Positions 24,755-36,606 of a stretch of DNA of 64,000 nucleotides are shown in pieces. The stretch's first letter is position 1; every line of letters starts with the position of its first letter. The translations under genes and the position numbers were made by a program. The notes under the pieces were generated by a model. It worked only from the letters and a program-made list of their open reading frames with translations. It ran no database searches and was not told where the DNA came from. Source of the stretch: Octopus bimaculoides (lineage: Eukaryota); the NCBI RefSeq assembly GCF_001194135.2, contig NC_069003.1, forward strand, positions 32,438,105 through 32,502,104, in the 5' to 3' direction.

Positions 24755-24955
24755 CTCAGGCATGACTGTGTGGTAAGAAGTTTGCTTCCCAACCACATGG
24801 TTCCGGGTTCAGTCCCATTGTGTGGCACCTTGGGCAAGTGTCTTCTAGTACAGCCTCAGACCAACCAAAGACATGTGAGTGGATTTGGTAGATGGTAATT
24901 GAAAGAGGCCTGTCATGCATGTTGTGTGTGTTTGTAGCTGTGATTGTCTCTCATC
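24752..24955 (+). mobile_element. 5' part of SINE family A
   Basis: AGGCTCAGGCATGACTGTGTGGTAAGAAGTTTGCTTCCCAACCACATGGTTCCGGGTTCAGTCCC... Confidence 0.85.
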
Positions 24956-24960
24956 ACTTG

Positions 24961-25132
24961 CAGCGTGGAAGGTGTTTATAAGCCATTTAAAAGATGCAGC
25001 ACAATTTTATCAGTGAACAGGTCGCGGTCTCAAAGCGACGAAAATATTTTGACAAATTAAATTCAAATGTTGAAGTGAATCTAACGGATTTTGTGTGTTA
25101 TTTTAAACGGTTTATAAACACCTTCCACACTG
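24961..25132. mobile_element. Tc1/mariner-type MITE, 172 bp
   Basis: ~32-bp TIRs CAGCGTGGAAGGTGTTTATAAGCCATTTAAAA / TTTTAAACGGTTTATAAACACCTTCCACACTG (3 mismatches). Confidence 0.9.
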
Positions 25133-25136
25133 CAAT

Positions 25137-25197
<61 letters not shown>

Positions 25198-25239
25198 GCA
25201 TACATATGCACACACGTATATATACATACACATATATAT

Positions 25240-25480
25240 TGGGAGGCATGGGGCCTAGTAGTTTGGGTGTTATACTCCCAGTTCACAAGCTCATGGTTTC
25301 CATTTCTGGACCAAGTGATCCGTTGTGTTCTTGAGCATTTCATTGCACATTGCTCTACAATCACTTCAACACCTGATGTGCGGCGCATCATGCACCTGTA
25401 CAGGCGTTGTCAATTGATGGCATGTAAAAACTACTGTGCAGCACAAATATTTCATTGCTATAAACAAGTCAGCCACACAG
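25240..25480 (+). mobile_element. tRNA-headed SINE family T (diverged)
   Basis: GGGAGGCATGGGGCCTAGTAGTT head similar to 49331, 61331 and the minus copy at 29258-29425. Confidence 0.55.
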
Positions 25481-25560
25481 GTTGTTCAGCAAGAAATATG
25501 TGGAACCCTCTGTTGTCTACAACAGGAAAATCTATGATATATATATATATATATATATAT

Positions 25561-25952
25561 AGGCGCAGGAGTGGCTGTGTGGTAAGTAGTTTGCTTACCA
25601 ACCACATGGTTCTGGGTTCAGTCCCACTGAGTGGCACCTTGGGCAAGTGTCTTCTACTATAGCCTCGGGCTGACCAAAGCCTTGTGAGTGGATTTGGTAG
25701 ACGGAAACTGAAAGAAGCTCGTTGTATATATGTATATCTATATATATATGTAAGTGTGTGTTTGTCCCCCCAACTTCGCTTGACAACCGAGGCTGGTGTG
25801 TTTACGTCCCCGTAACTTAGCGGTTCGGCAAAAAGAAACCGATAGAATAAGTACTAGGCTTACAAAGAATAAGTCCTGGGGTCGATTTGCTCGACTAAAA
25901 AAGGCGGTGCCCCAGCATGGCCACAGTCAAACGACTGAAACAAGTAAAAAGA
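25561..25952 (+). mobile_element. Full-length young SINE family A (reference copy)
   Basis: A-box-like TGGCTGTGTGG, B-box-like GGTTCAGTCCC, CORE-like ACCTTGGGCAAGTGTCTT, internal TA/TG repeat, retained CpGs, tail CAGCATGGCCACAGTCAAACGACTGAAACAAGTAAAA. At least 20 further fragments lie in the window. Confidence 0.92.
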
Positions 25953-26600
25953 AAAAAAGAAAAAAAATATATATATGCATACATGCTTACACATATGCAG
26001 ACAGACTGTATTATTTCAGTGGTTATCTACAACTTGCAAATTGCTTCATTTGATGATTAGTATAGCTGTCTGCACATGCTTCAGAGAATAAAAAGTAAAA
26101 TAATATTTTATACTCTAAAGAATCTTGATCTCCAGATGAAACAATTTCCAAGCTGTATGTAAACCACTGAAATACAGCAAAATAAAAACAGCTACACTCT
26201 GCCATTAAATGCAGTGGATACTTTTTCATTTATGATTCGCAGACACTTTAGCTTTGTGAATAAGGATATCTGTATTATTATTATTATTTTTATTATACAT
26301 GTGTATTTGACAGTGCATTGTTGTATCACTAGCCTCTCTCTCTCTCTCTCTCTCTTCAACAACCTGTTTAAGTATTAACCAGTAGTAGTAGCAGCAGTAG
26401 CAACTAATGTCAAAAGAGAAAACGATGATGATAATAATAATAAATAAATAAATAAGTAAATAAATAAATAAGTAAAATATTTCTCAAATAACTACTGATT
26501 TCTTTTGACCCAAGTTTCTGACTGTAAGTCTCACCTGAATCAGAACAAAAGGTGTGTTTGTGTACAGCGTTTGTGTGTGTGGGTGTGTTTGTGTGTGTGG

Positions 26601-26639
<39 letters not shown>

Positions 26640-26715
26640 AGTTGTGTTTATGTGTTGGTGGGTGTGTATCAGAGAAATGTTTTTATTTATTTAATATTAG
26701 TATAATTGACCTCAG

Positions 26716-26752
<37 letters not shown>

Positions 26753-26855
26753 ATACAGAATCTAGGGAGACTGTATATTTGTATATGTATGCATATGACC
26801 CAAACAGCAGACCTACCTACTGTTGTCTATTTATAGGTCATGTGTAAGGTGTTGG

Positions 26856-26891
<36 letters not shown>

Positions 26892-27394
26892 GAGTGAGAG
26901 AGAGGACAGGATTGAGGTGACAGGAATTTTGGAATGACAGCTTTTGTACAGACAAGACACTCACCTTATACCTACTATTTAATTTCTATTGCATATTTAA
27001 GTGCTTAGTTTGTGTACTTTGCCTTTTTTTTCCCTACCCTGCTTGGAGGAAGGAAGTATAAGCCATGTCTCTTTCTTTGCCAGCTAGTTTTGTAAACTAG
27101 CAAACTTCAATGGTTACTGGACTTTCACAGAGGCCACTTTTGTCATTTTTATCACCATCCTTGTTTTCAGTAGTATTAATATTAGAGCTTCTACTACTTT
27201 TAAGAAGTATTAGTATTGCTACTACTACTACTACTACTAAGTTGTACTTTTTAAATGAAGTTGTTGGTGAAACTATTATAGGAGGATCTCCATCTATTGC
27301 TACCAACACTTCAACCACCACTGAGCCAAACTTAAATATTTCAACAGCGCCCTCCCACTGCTAACATCATCCAAACTGTAACCCTTCTGTCTTT

Positions 27395-27440
<46 letters not shown>

Positions 27441-27454
27441 TAATTATTTCTCTC

Positions 27455-27536
27455 TACCTTACCTTACCTTACCTTACCTTACCTTACCTTACCTTACCTT
27501 ACCTTACCTTACCTTACCCTACCTTACCTTACCTTA
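27455..27536. repeat. (CCTTA)n pentanucleotide array, ~16 units, next to a 43-nt T tract (27397-27439)
   Basis: Directly visible; one CCCTA variant unit. Confidence 0.95.
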
Positions 27537-27741
27537 ACTTTGTCCTGTGCATTCCTCCTCATCCAATGTTGTTTTTTTAAAACACAACAGTATACATAAA
27601 AAATATTTTCGAAGTGAATGCTGGATATCAATTATAGCAGGCCCCAATGACCATGGACCATGTAGAAGTGTTTCCTCACAACTATAACAACCTCATTTAG
27701 TTTTTGATTTTTTTTTTCACTGTCTTTCTTGCCCCACTGTC

Positions 27742-27779
<38 letters not shown>

Positions 27780-27975
27780 TATATATTTTTTCTTTCATTC
27801 TCCCTACATTATTTCCCTCTTCCTCTTATTATTATCCCTTATGTGGAATATAAACGAGCACTCTTGGTCACGTAGCCTCAATGATTTGCAGGCAAAAAAC
27901 ACTAACTTATGGAATGATTTTATTGATTCGGAGGTATGTCTTTTGTTTTTCTTTTCATTTATTTGTTAAACTATC

Positions 27976-27976
27976 A

Positions 27977-28041
<65 letters not shown>

Positions 28042-28043
28042 TA

Positions 28044-28079
<36 letters not shown>

Positions 28080-28116
28080 GTTTATTATTATTATTTATTA
28101 TTATTTATTATTATTA

Positions 28117-28182
<66 letters not shown>
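27976..28182. repeat. (ATT)n microsatellite, ~200 bp with interruptions
   Basis: Directly visible. Confidence 0.95.
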
Positions 28183-28183
<1 letters not shown>

Positions 28184-28721
28184 TGAGATAATCATTTACT
28201 TTTTATCCTTCGATTGGTGGGAGGTGATCAGGGTGGGGGGGATTCAATAAAATAAACATTAGTTGATTTAAATTACTGCATCCCTATACCCGCAAAGATG
28301 GATGGGCCTTGTACCTATGTTGTTCTTGTTGTTGTTGTTCCAGAAGCTGAATTTTTATTGTATGCTTTCATTGCACATCATAGTGCATCCAGCTCTTGTG
28401 CATTGGCAATGTGCAGTGTTTTGTTTTGTTTTGGTTTTGTGTTTTGTATTGCATCGAGTGTAATCCTCAATAATGTGTGCAATGCCTGGTGGTGTTATTC
28501 ATTATTCATTTATTTTTCCTGTATATTTGTAATCCCTGGGAGCTTTAGTTATGACAACATGATTTGGCTCTTTACATTGTGAGTTCAAATCCTGCCCGGA
28601 TCAATTTCCCCCTTTCATCCTGCTGTGGTTGTTAAAATAAAGTATACCAGTCAAATACTAGGGTCAATGATATTGTCTTCCCCACACACCTCAAAATTCT
28701 TGGCTTCTACCTGAATCACAA

Positions 28722-28771
<50 letters not shown>

Positions 28772-28930
28772 AGTGGATTGGTAAAAACCTTGGTTTAAAT
28801 GCTTTATGATATTTACTCCAGTTCTGTACATTGTGAGTTCAATTCCTGTCAATGATGACTCTGCTTTTTCATCCTCCTGGGTTGCTGAAATACTGTGGTT
28901 AGTCCATATTACTCCAGTTTCCTGGTTTCT

Positions 28931-29250
28931 ATCATCATCATAATTGTTTAACGTCCGCTTTTGGACGATTTGACTGAGGACTGGTGAAACCGGATGGCTA
29001 CACCACGCTCCAATCTGATTTGACAGAGTTTCTACAGCTGGATGCCCTTCCTAACACCAACCACTCTGAGAGTGTAGTGGGTGCTTTTATGTGCCACTCG
29101 CACGAAGGCCAGTCAGGCGGTACTGGCAACGGCCACGCTCAAATGGTGTATTTTATGTGCCACCCGCACAAGAGCCAGTCCAGGGGCACTGGCAACGATC
29201 TCGCTCGAAAGTCCATTACATATGCCACAGGCACAAGTGCCAGAAAGGCG
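28931..29250 (-). mobile_element. Family R element with (GAT)n tail and ~2.5 tandem hairpin modules
   Basis: ATCATCATCAT...TTTAACGTCCGC tail, GATGCCCTTCCTAACACCAACCAC body, modules at ~29085-29150, ~29151-29215 and ~29216-29250. Confidence 0.88.
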
Positions 29251-29257
29251 ACAGGAC

Positions 29258-29425
29258 ACCAGTCTATTACAGGATTGCTCACTTTTTTACCAGATGAGTG
29301 GACTGGAACAATGTGAAATGAAGTGTTTTGCTCAAGAACACAACACACTGCCTGATGCATGAATTGAAACCACAATTTTATGATCATGAGTCCAATACCC
29401 CAACCTCTAAGCCATGCACTTCCCC
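29258..29425 (-). mobile_element. tRNA-headed SINE family T
   Basis: GTGTTTTGCTCAAGAACACAAC...GAATTGAAACCACAAT...CCTCTAAGCCATGCACTTCC, the reverse complement of the family T head. Confidence 0.7.
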
Positions 29426-30027
29426 ATCAAGTTCTGTGGTCAATATGATTGAATAACTTCTTGCCCCCAAATTTGTGACTTTGTGTTTTTGTGAGCAACA
29501 ATTATTATTTAAATCCTACTGAGGTCAGCTTCCTCATTGACCCTGCCAGAAATTTTGATAAAATAAGTAGGTATCAGCCAAGTATTGTGAGGATGGGGCT
29601 ACAGGATCACTGGGTCCTGTCCCTCCTCCACCTCTAAAACTTAGTGTGAGACACTGTTGTTATGTAGCCTAGATTAACTCTGATCAAGATGGATTGATGA
29701 TGAAAATGCGCTCCAGTCTGGACTGTTCTGTCTTTTATGAAGTTCCTAAAACTACACCCTCTGTTTATTTTTCATCTTTTACTTGTTTCGTTTATTGGAC
29801 TGCAGCTATCTTGGAGCACTGACAGGAGGGCTTTAGTTGAACAGATTGACCTCAGTTTTTTTTTTAAAGCCTGGTGCTTATTCTATCAGTTTCTTTTGCC
29901 AAGCTGCTAAGTCACAGGGATGGTTGTCACACACATACACGTACACACACAATAGGCTTCCTTCAGTTTCTTATTTCATTATTGCCCACAAGGGGCTACA
30001 CACAGAGAGGACAAACAAGGACAGACA

Positions 30028-30203
30028 AAGGGATTAAGTCGATTACATCGACCCCAGTGCGTAACTGGTACTTAATTTATCGACCTGAAAAGGATGAAAG
30101 CAAAGTCAACCTCGGCCGAACTTGAACTCAGAACGTAAAGACAGGCGAAATACCGCTAAGCATTTCGCCCGGCGTGCTAACATTTCTGCCAGCTCGCCAC
30201 CTT
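30028..30203 (-). mobile_element. Young full-length SINE family M
   Basis: CpG-rich; minus strand reads GGTGGCGAGCTGGCAGAAATGTTAGCACGCCGGGCG...GACTTTGCTTTCATCCTTTTCAGGTCGATAAATTAAGTACCAG. The central motif recalls conserved SINE-superfamily bodies (Meta/Deu type; assignment not verified). Confidence 0.88.
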
Positions 30204-30356
30204 TCTGGCATGCTTGAGGACTGCTATTTCTTGCATGTCAAATGAAAACCTGTGTACAGGTTTCATTAGGAGGTAAAGAGAGTAAAGATCAAAAAGGAAG
30301 TATTTTTGCAAGTAAAAATGTTTATTACAAATAAATGTCACTCTTGTGTAGCATAC

Positions 30357-30454
30357 CTGTCATTCCAGGCCTGTGTTATCAGAGCAGCAGGAGTCGCGGA
30401 TCCAATGATTAGAAAAGGCTTTGGAGTAGAAAATGCTGCAAAAGCATTTGCTAA
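30357..30454 (-). CDS. Internal coding exon of unknown protein, LANAFAAFSTPKPFLIIGSATPAALITQAWND+AG (phase 0 to 2)
   Basis: Strong acceptor tttttttgtttcag| and strong donor CAG|gtatgc; 98 nt; only one of three frames open; GC-enriched unique sequence. Confidence 0.7.
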
Positions 30455-30568
30455 CTGAAACAAAAAAAGTACTTGATCAGTTTAATTCAAAACTTTAACA
30501 ATCTACCTGCCTTAAAAAAAAAAAAATTAAAGAACTCATTAGATAGTATAATTATAGATACACACACA

Positions 30569-30612
<44 letters not shown>

Positions 30613-30616
30613 TATA

Positions 30617-31015
30617 CAGGGATATTTCACAGTACGAGTTTAATTTGCTCCATGACCGAGTTCATCTTACAATTTACTTGTTTTACAAATCAATTTTCCC
30701 TATTGAAGTTAACTAAAATATAATTAATCCATTCCAGCCTCTAAAAGCCACTCAAAATAATTTTTTACGCGTTTTAAAACAGAAAAGGTGTAGTTTACAA
30801 GTAAAATGGCAATTATAAAGAAAGAGAATGCAAAAGAAATATGTAAACTGGTTTTATTAACTGAATTACCGTAAAGATGGGATGTGTTATGTGCTCATGC
30901 TGTGAATTTCTGCTCATACTTCAAGACAAAAATTCGCACGAGTCTTGGCTTGTACAGCAAATTACTCGTACAATGGTGTACTCGTACAATGGTGTACTCG
31001 TACTGTGAGGTTCTA

Positions 31016-31018
<3 letters not shown>
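30617..31018. mobile_element. Tigger/pogo-like MITE, 402 bp
   Basis: Right end reads CAGTAGAACCTCACAGTACGAG on the minus strand; 13-bp perfect inverted match at 30627-30639 and 30996-31008; TA flanks. Confidence 0.75.
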
Positions 31019-31098
<80 letters not shown>

Positions 31099-31339
31099 TA
31101 TGTATATATATGTATATATATTTCAATTTAATGCACAACCAAAAGAGCTACTAATAGTTTCATGCTTTCATGATACTTGAACAGGCATATTTATAAAATA
31201 TGCCATGTATCTCCACTGAGGCCTGTTCGAGTATCTTAAAAGCACGAAACTATTAGTAGCTCTTTCAGTAGTGTATTAAATTGATATTTATCTCTCACTA
31301 GATGGAGTAACCTCTATTAGATCTCTAAACTGTATGTAT

Positions 31340-31595
31340 ATATATATCCCTGTAACTGCTAAGTTACAGGGATATAAACACATCAACACTGGTTGTGAAG
31401 CAGTAGTAGTAGACAAACACAATGACACATACACATATACACAACAGGCTTCATTCAATTTCTGTTTACCAAATACACTCACAAGGCCTTAGTCATCCCA
31501 GGGCTATAGGAGAAGACACTTGCCCAAGGTGCCATGCAGTGGGACTAAACCCTGAACCATGTGGTTGGGACGCAAACTTCTTACCACACAACTAT
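31340..31595 (-). mobile_element. SINE family A, 5' two-thirds
   Basis: AGACACTTGCCCAAGGTGCCATGCAGTGGGACTAAACCC...CTTACCACACAA. Confidence 0.85.
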
Positions 31596-32831
31596 GTCTG
31601 AGTCTATATTCCAATATTTTTCAAAAACCTTTTTACTTGTTTGAATGTGTTGTCTCAGAATGTCATGAAATAGAAATTATAACTACATTTTTATATCTTC
31701 AACATGGAACTTTTAAAAGCCTGCATGGTGTGTGTGTCTGGAAAGAGAGAGAGAGAGAGAGAGAGAGTGGGACATGGATGTTAATTGTAAGCAAAATGTT
31801 ATATTTTCCATATTTAAATTTATCAATTTATTAACAGAATATGAAATGACGACAAAACAAAAACCAAAGAAATATCACAAAATGCAAATGCAAATTACAA
31901 AAGAAAAAAAAGCAAGTTGATATAATTTCACTTTCAAAGATCAAATATTAATTGCCATAATTAACATTTTAGCAATTCACTGCTCTTCATTTCCTCATTC
32001 CCACCTCCTTAGGAAGCTTTCAAACATTTTTACTGCATGGCACCCTTTTCTCTCTCATTAAAATCATTTTCTCTTTCTACCCCTTCTTGTCTCTCTCTCT
32101 CTCTCTCTCCCTCTCTCAACTAGTTTATTTTTCCTTTGTGGTTTACCCCCCCCCNNNNNNNNNNATATTCTCCTCTCCCTCCCCTCATTTCCTTCTTTTC
32201 TTTTTTTTTTTCTTACTACTGAAATGTGCTCTAAATACAATCTTCTGTTCAACTGTCAAAATACTTTCCTATTGAATTACAATTGACAGAACAGCTCTCT
32301 CTACCTGTTTGCTGGGCCCCAGAAATTCAAATTCCTTATTATTATTGTTGTTATTATCAGTATTATTATTAAAAAAGAAAACTACCACTACCACCCCCAC
32401 CACCACTACCGCCACCAATCCCTGCCACCAGTACCACCAATCCCCACTACCACAACCAATCCCCACTGCTACCACTCCTTTTGTTGTAAGTTGTGGCTAT
32501 TGTTATCAGTATACTGTGTGTATACAGAAATACTCATGTTTGTTCATGGAATAAAACAGAGGACATAGTACAGACATATTTTACCTGTACTTTTTTTTGT
32601 CATGCTAAAAGAAGAAAAAGAAAAAAACTAGAACAAATAGAAAAAACCTTGGAATCTTTTCTCTATAAACATTTTTGTCTTGCTATATACACCTTCTCTT
32701 CCCCATACTTGAATATTGAAGATTTATACATCTAGCAAGTTTGCTCAGAGTTACAAGTTACTTCATTATATCTCTATATTTCTGCACAAGCACACACACA
32801 CACACACACATGCACACATTTTGTGAAGTGA

Positions 32832-32868
<37 letters not shown>

Positions 32869-32917
32869 TGTGTGTGCACACAGATATTTTTGTTGGGAGT
32901 ATATCTGTCTAGCTATA

Positions 32918-32993
<76 letters not shown>

Positions 32994-33659
32994 TTATACA
33001 TACATATAAGGTATATACATGCAAACATACATGTAAGATATATATTATCACACACATACACACATGTATATGCATGTGTATGCAGTTCCTGTATCTATGC
33101 ACATATATACACACATGCATGTATGTATATACATGCCTTCATTCATACTTATTTTTCTATTCATACATACACATAATAATGTTAGTGATAATTTAAGTGT
33201 AGCAATATAGATTTGAAATAGGAATGTAATTTGTCTACAGAAGAATGAATCCATAAAAATTCCATATTTCCTTATTTTCTTGTAATTCTTCATATTTCAA
33301 TTTATACCAAAAAAAAAAAAAAAAAAAAGGTTTTATGAAATTGCTGGCTATTATTTTACAGCGTGAAAAGACTCCATTATCAAAACATGGTAAATGCTAG
33401 AAATGAATTTAGCCTTATATGATATTTTTAAAAAATGTTAAAAGTTATCTATATATATATGAATATTTACTGCAGTCACATCTGCAGGCAGAGCTTTGTG
33501 GTTAAGAAATTTCCTATGCAACCACTTGATTCCCAGCTCTCCATTTCATAACACTTTGGGCTTGTGCCTTCTGTTATAGTGTTTGGATGATGAATATCTT
33601 TGTAGTGAGATTTGGTATGCAGGAATGGTACAGAAAGAAGCCAGTCATATATGACATAA

Positions 33660-33815
33660 CCGTTTAGCATGCGTTTTCCATGTTGGCATAGGTTGGACGA
33701 TTTGACAGGAACCAATGAGCTAGAGGGCTGCACAAAAATCCAGTATCTACTTTGGCATAGTTCTTACAGCTGGATGTTCTTCCTAATGCCAAATACTTCA
33801 CAGAGTGCCTGTAAA
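33660..33815 (-). mobile_element. Diverged family R element
   Basis: TTTCCATGTTGGCATAGGTTGGACG...ACAGCTGGATGTTCTTCCTAATGCCAA. Confidence 0.75.
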
Positions 33816-33918
33816 ATGTGTGTGTTTTTCTCTCTCTCACACACACATATCAGGGCAATTATTTTGCCTCTATATAACTTTTCTTTCTTTACCAAAGTGT
33901 TGAACAAGTTTTAAAAAT

Positions 33919-34127
33919 TTAACCTTTAGCATTCAGATAACTTTATCCAATGTTATGCTTAATATTAAGCATGTATTATCTTGTGGCTTCTAGATTTCAA
34001 ATGATGTGATTGTTAACTTTTAGAATGACATTGAAAAGAAGATGTGAGAAACCAGGTCTGGCTGGTTTGAACTTAAAACACAGAATATTTGGGCTGAATA
34101 TAGCCAGTTTAAGTACTAAAGGGTTAA
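33919..34127. mobile_element. TTAA-flanked MITE, family P2 (piggyBac-like ends)
   Basis: TTAACCTTTAGCATT ... AGTACTAAAGGGTTAA; inverted homologue at ~55690-55910, partial copy at ~34940-35050. Confidence 0.75.
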
Positions 34128-35559
34128 AATTAAAAACCAGCTTAATTTATATCAAACATGGCAATTTCTCTGCTCCTCCCACTGAACTTGTGAATGTTGT
34201 TTTCCAACTGATTTGTTAATTGTAAGTTACTAAATCAAAGACAGAATTTAATTATTTTAGCTCACATATATATATANNNNNNNNNNNNNNNNNNNNNNNN
34301 NNNNNNNNNNNNNNNNNNNNNNNNNNNNNNNNNNNNNNNNNNNNNNNNNNNNNNNNNNNNNNNNNNNNNNNNNNNNNNNNNNNNNNNNNNNNNNNNNNNN
34401 NNNNNNNNNNNNNNNNNNNNNNNNNNNNNNNNNNNNNNNNNNNNNNNNNNNNNNNNNNNNNNNNNNNNNNNNNNTATATATATATATATATATTTAACTG
34501 CATATTGGTTGAAGAGATAAAAGTTTCACTTTGGTTGAAATTGTTTTCACAGTATTTTGTTAATCTTGGAATTTCACTAGAACTGTGTCTGTCTCAGTAA
34601 ATTAATGAATCGTAAATATCAGTGATTCTGCAACGGTTTAAGGAGTCGGGGAGAGGAAATGAGAAGTTCTTGAGGGTAATTCTAATTGTTTGAAGAAATT
34701 ACTTCAGACTCCCACATGTTTCAAACATATTTCTTCATTGATGACTAAATGTCGTAGTTAATATTGCTTAGTTTCAGATTGGCCTTGAATTAGCAGACCC
34801 ATGATCAAAGGCGTTCTAACTATGACCATCTCTCCTCTCTAAAAAAAACAGCTTCTCTCAGACTACACTATCCAATATGTCCTCTTCTATTCTTTTTTTT
34901 TTTGCAAAGGATCTTGGGCACTGTCCCATCTATTTCTGATTTAACCATTAAAAACAAAATATTCTAAGAACTGTTAACATTTTACATAGAATGTAAAACA
35001 AGTAGAATATTTGAGCTGGATATGGTCTATTTAAATGCTACAGGGTTAAAGAGATTTTTAAGGCTTACAACAAGACCCATTATAACAGTAGGACCCAGTG
35101 CTAATAGTAGAGTCAAATTTGATATAGATCTTATAATTTTTTACTGAGCCTTTGAGTTTCACCAGAAAGCACCAGTCATAGCTAATTTTATAAATATATA
35201 TATATATATATATATAACTGTTTTGAGTTCTGTATAAATGCTTATACATTAAATGTTATCAATAACTTGATTATTACTCATGCAAATGGCATCTTTCAGT
35301 TATTTATTCTGTAAACAATTCTAGTTAACTATGCCAACCATCAAACATTGTATGTACATGTGTTTAGTCATTCTTGTCACAGCTTCAACAAGTCTTGTGA
35401 AGTCTGTTTCACAGATGGGTTCCTTGCTGAAATAATTTTAAATACTATGAGTCATTGACTTATAAATATTGGTTTTTCTTCAACATGTAATCATTTCTAA
35501 TTAACTATATAATGTTCTCTGCATGAAATATGTTAACAAGATCTCTGACAGACCTTGAG

Positions 35560-35970
35560 TCATTTTTACACCCCATGGGAAAAGTCTCAACAAATGAACA
35601 TGAGTCCTTTGGAATTTTTAGTCAACTCATTTTTTGAATACCTTTCTTGGGATTTTTGCAATTCCTAAGAATGCTGTTGCCGCTAATAGTTGTGTTTTGA
35701 ATATCAATCCGAGTCTTCTCCACACCATGATTTCATTTCTTTCGTGATAATACCAAGAGTACCCACTACCACTATCATTGGCACAATTTCAACTTTTTTT
35801 TTCTTTCTTCTGGTGAACAAAGCATGCAATGATGTCATGACATCTTTTGTATTCTCTTTGTGCAAGTTTGCCACATTCACCTATGGCTAGTTTTTCATCA
35901 CAAACATCAGGACAGTTCAACATTGTTTTCAACATAATATTTTCACACAGTTTGTTCTAAATTCTTGTTT
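35560..35970 (-). mobile_element. R4/Dong-clade non-LTR retrotransposon 3' remnant with internal deletion
   Basis: Minus-strand translation ..FRTN.., ECGKLAQREYKRCHDIIACFVH (fits the CCHC-adjacent C.KLAQ.EYKRRHD.VA..VH motif), then KVEIVPMIVVVGTLGII and TAFLGIAKIPRKVF* (fits VP.V.GALG and TALLGTA.ILRKVL*). Confidence 0.85.
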
Positions 35971-36517
35971 TAATGATACACAGACTAGAAGTTCAGAACT
36001 AACTGATTCTCATACCTACTTCCATGTTCCTTGCTTATCCTCACCGCTGCTGCTGTCATCATCGTCATTATTCAGAATAATTATCTTAAGGGACTTCATT
36101 TGTAAGACTGTCTTTCCATCTCTGTCTTTAACCACTTCTTTCACTACTTGGGCAAACCCCTCTAAATGGTTCCTCTTGTCTCCCTTTGCATTTCATCTCT
36201 TAACCTGGTTGACTTTAGTGTACTCTCCCCCTTTCTCTGCTTTGCTTGCCTTGGTTATGGGTTATGCAGTTGTTAATTATGGCTTTCTTTTCACAGAGGG
36301 CTACAGACTGTAGATTCTGTCAGAAGCCAATCTTTGGTTGGTTCTCTTATCCCAAATTTCTTCAAACATCCTTCCATGCCACTTTCATTTCCAACCATGT
36401 CTGCTCCTCAGTGGGGCTGGCAAGATAAACTCATAAGCAAAGCCTTTTTAGGGGACAGGTTAACAGCAACCTATTGAAACCCAGATCATAAGGAGGAAAT
36501 GAGGTTGGCTGGGACAG

Positions 36518-36606
36518 GACATACTCTATGGAAACCTGTTTCCAATATTACAAAACAAGTCCTCTGATGGACACCCCAAGGGAAGCACAAGCGTGACAGA
36601 TCATAA
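36518..36606 (+). mobile_element. Possible highly decayed RTE-clade ORF2 3' remnant
   Basis: ILYGNLFPI and L*WTPQGKHKRDR resemble LYG.LP.I and LLW.P.HG.R.RGRP. Confidence 0.35.

Noticed and set aside
25561-25630. tRNA-like A/B boxes in SINE heads as possible tRNA genes
   Set aside because: No cloverleaf acceptor stem, and they run directly into SINE bodies
27070-27390. Unique segment with 74-aa and 84-aa ORFs on opposite strands, with a cadherin-like DGDPP
   Set aside because: The frames are kept open by an ACT repeat, the splice context is unusable, and the motif is too short
28973-29000. CTGAGGA-CTGGT-GAAA hammerhead-like string
   Set aside because: No stem II pair, no stem I complement, and it is ordinary family R body
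32585-32604. 20-nt microexon candidate with a strong pyrimidine tract
   Set aside because: The phases needed to link the neighbouring exons introduce TGA
36296-36428. CRFCQKPIFG, a LIM/C1-like Cys motif behind a plus-strand acceptor
   Set aside because: Remaining metal ligands absent, no donor, and it lies among decayed LINE relics
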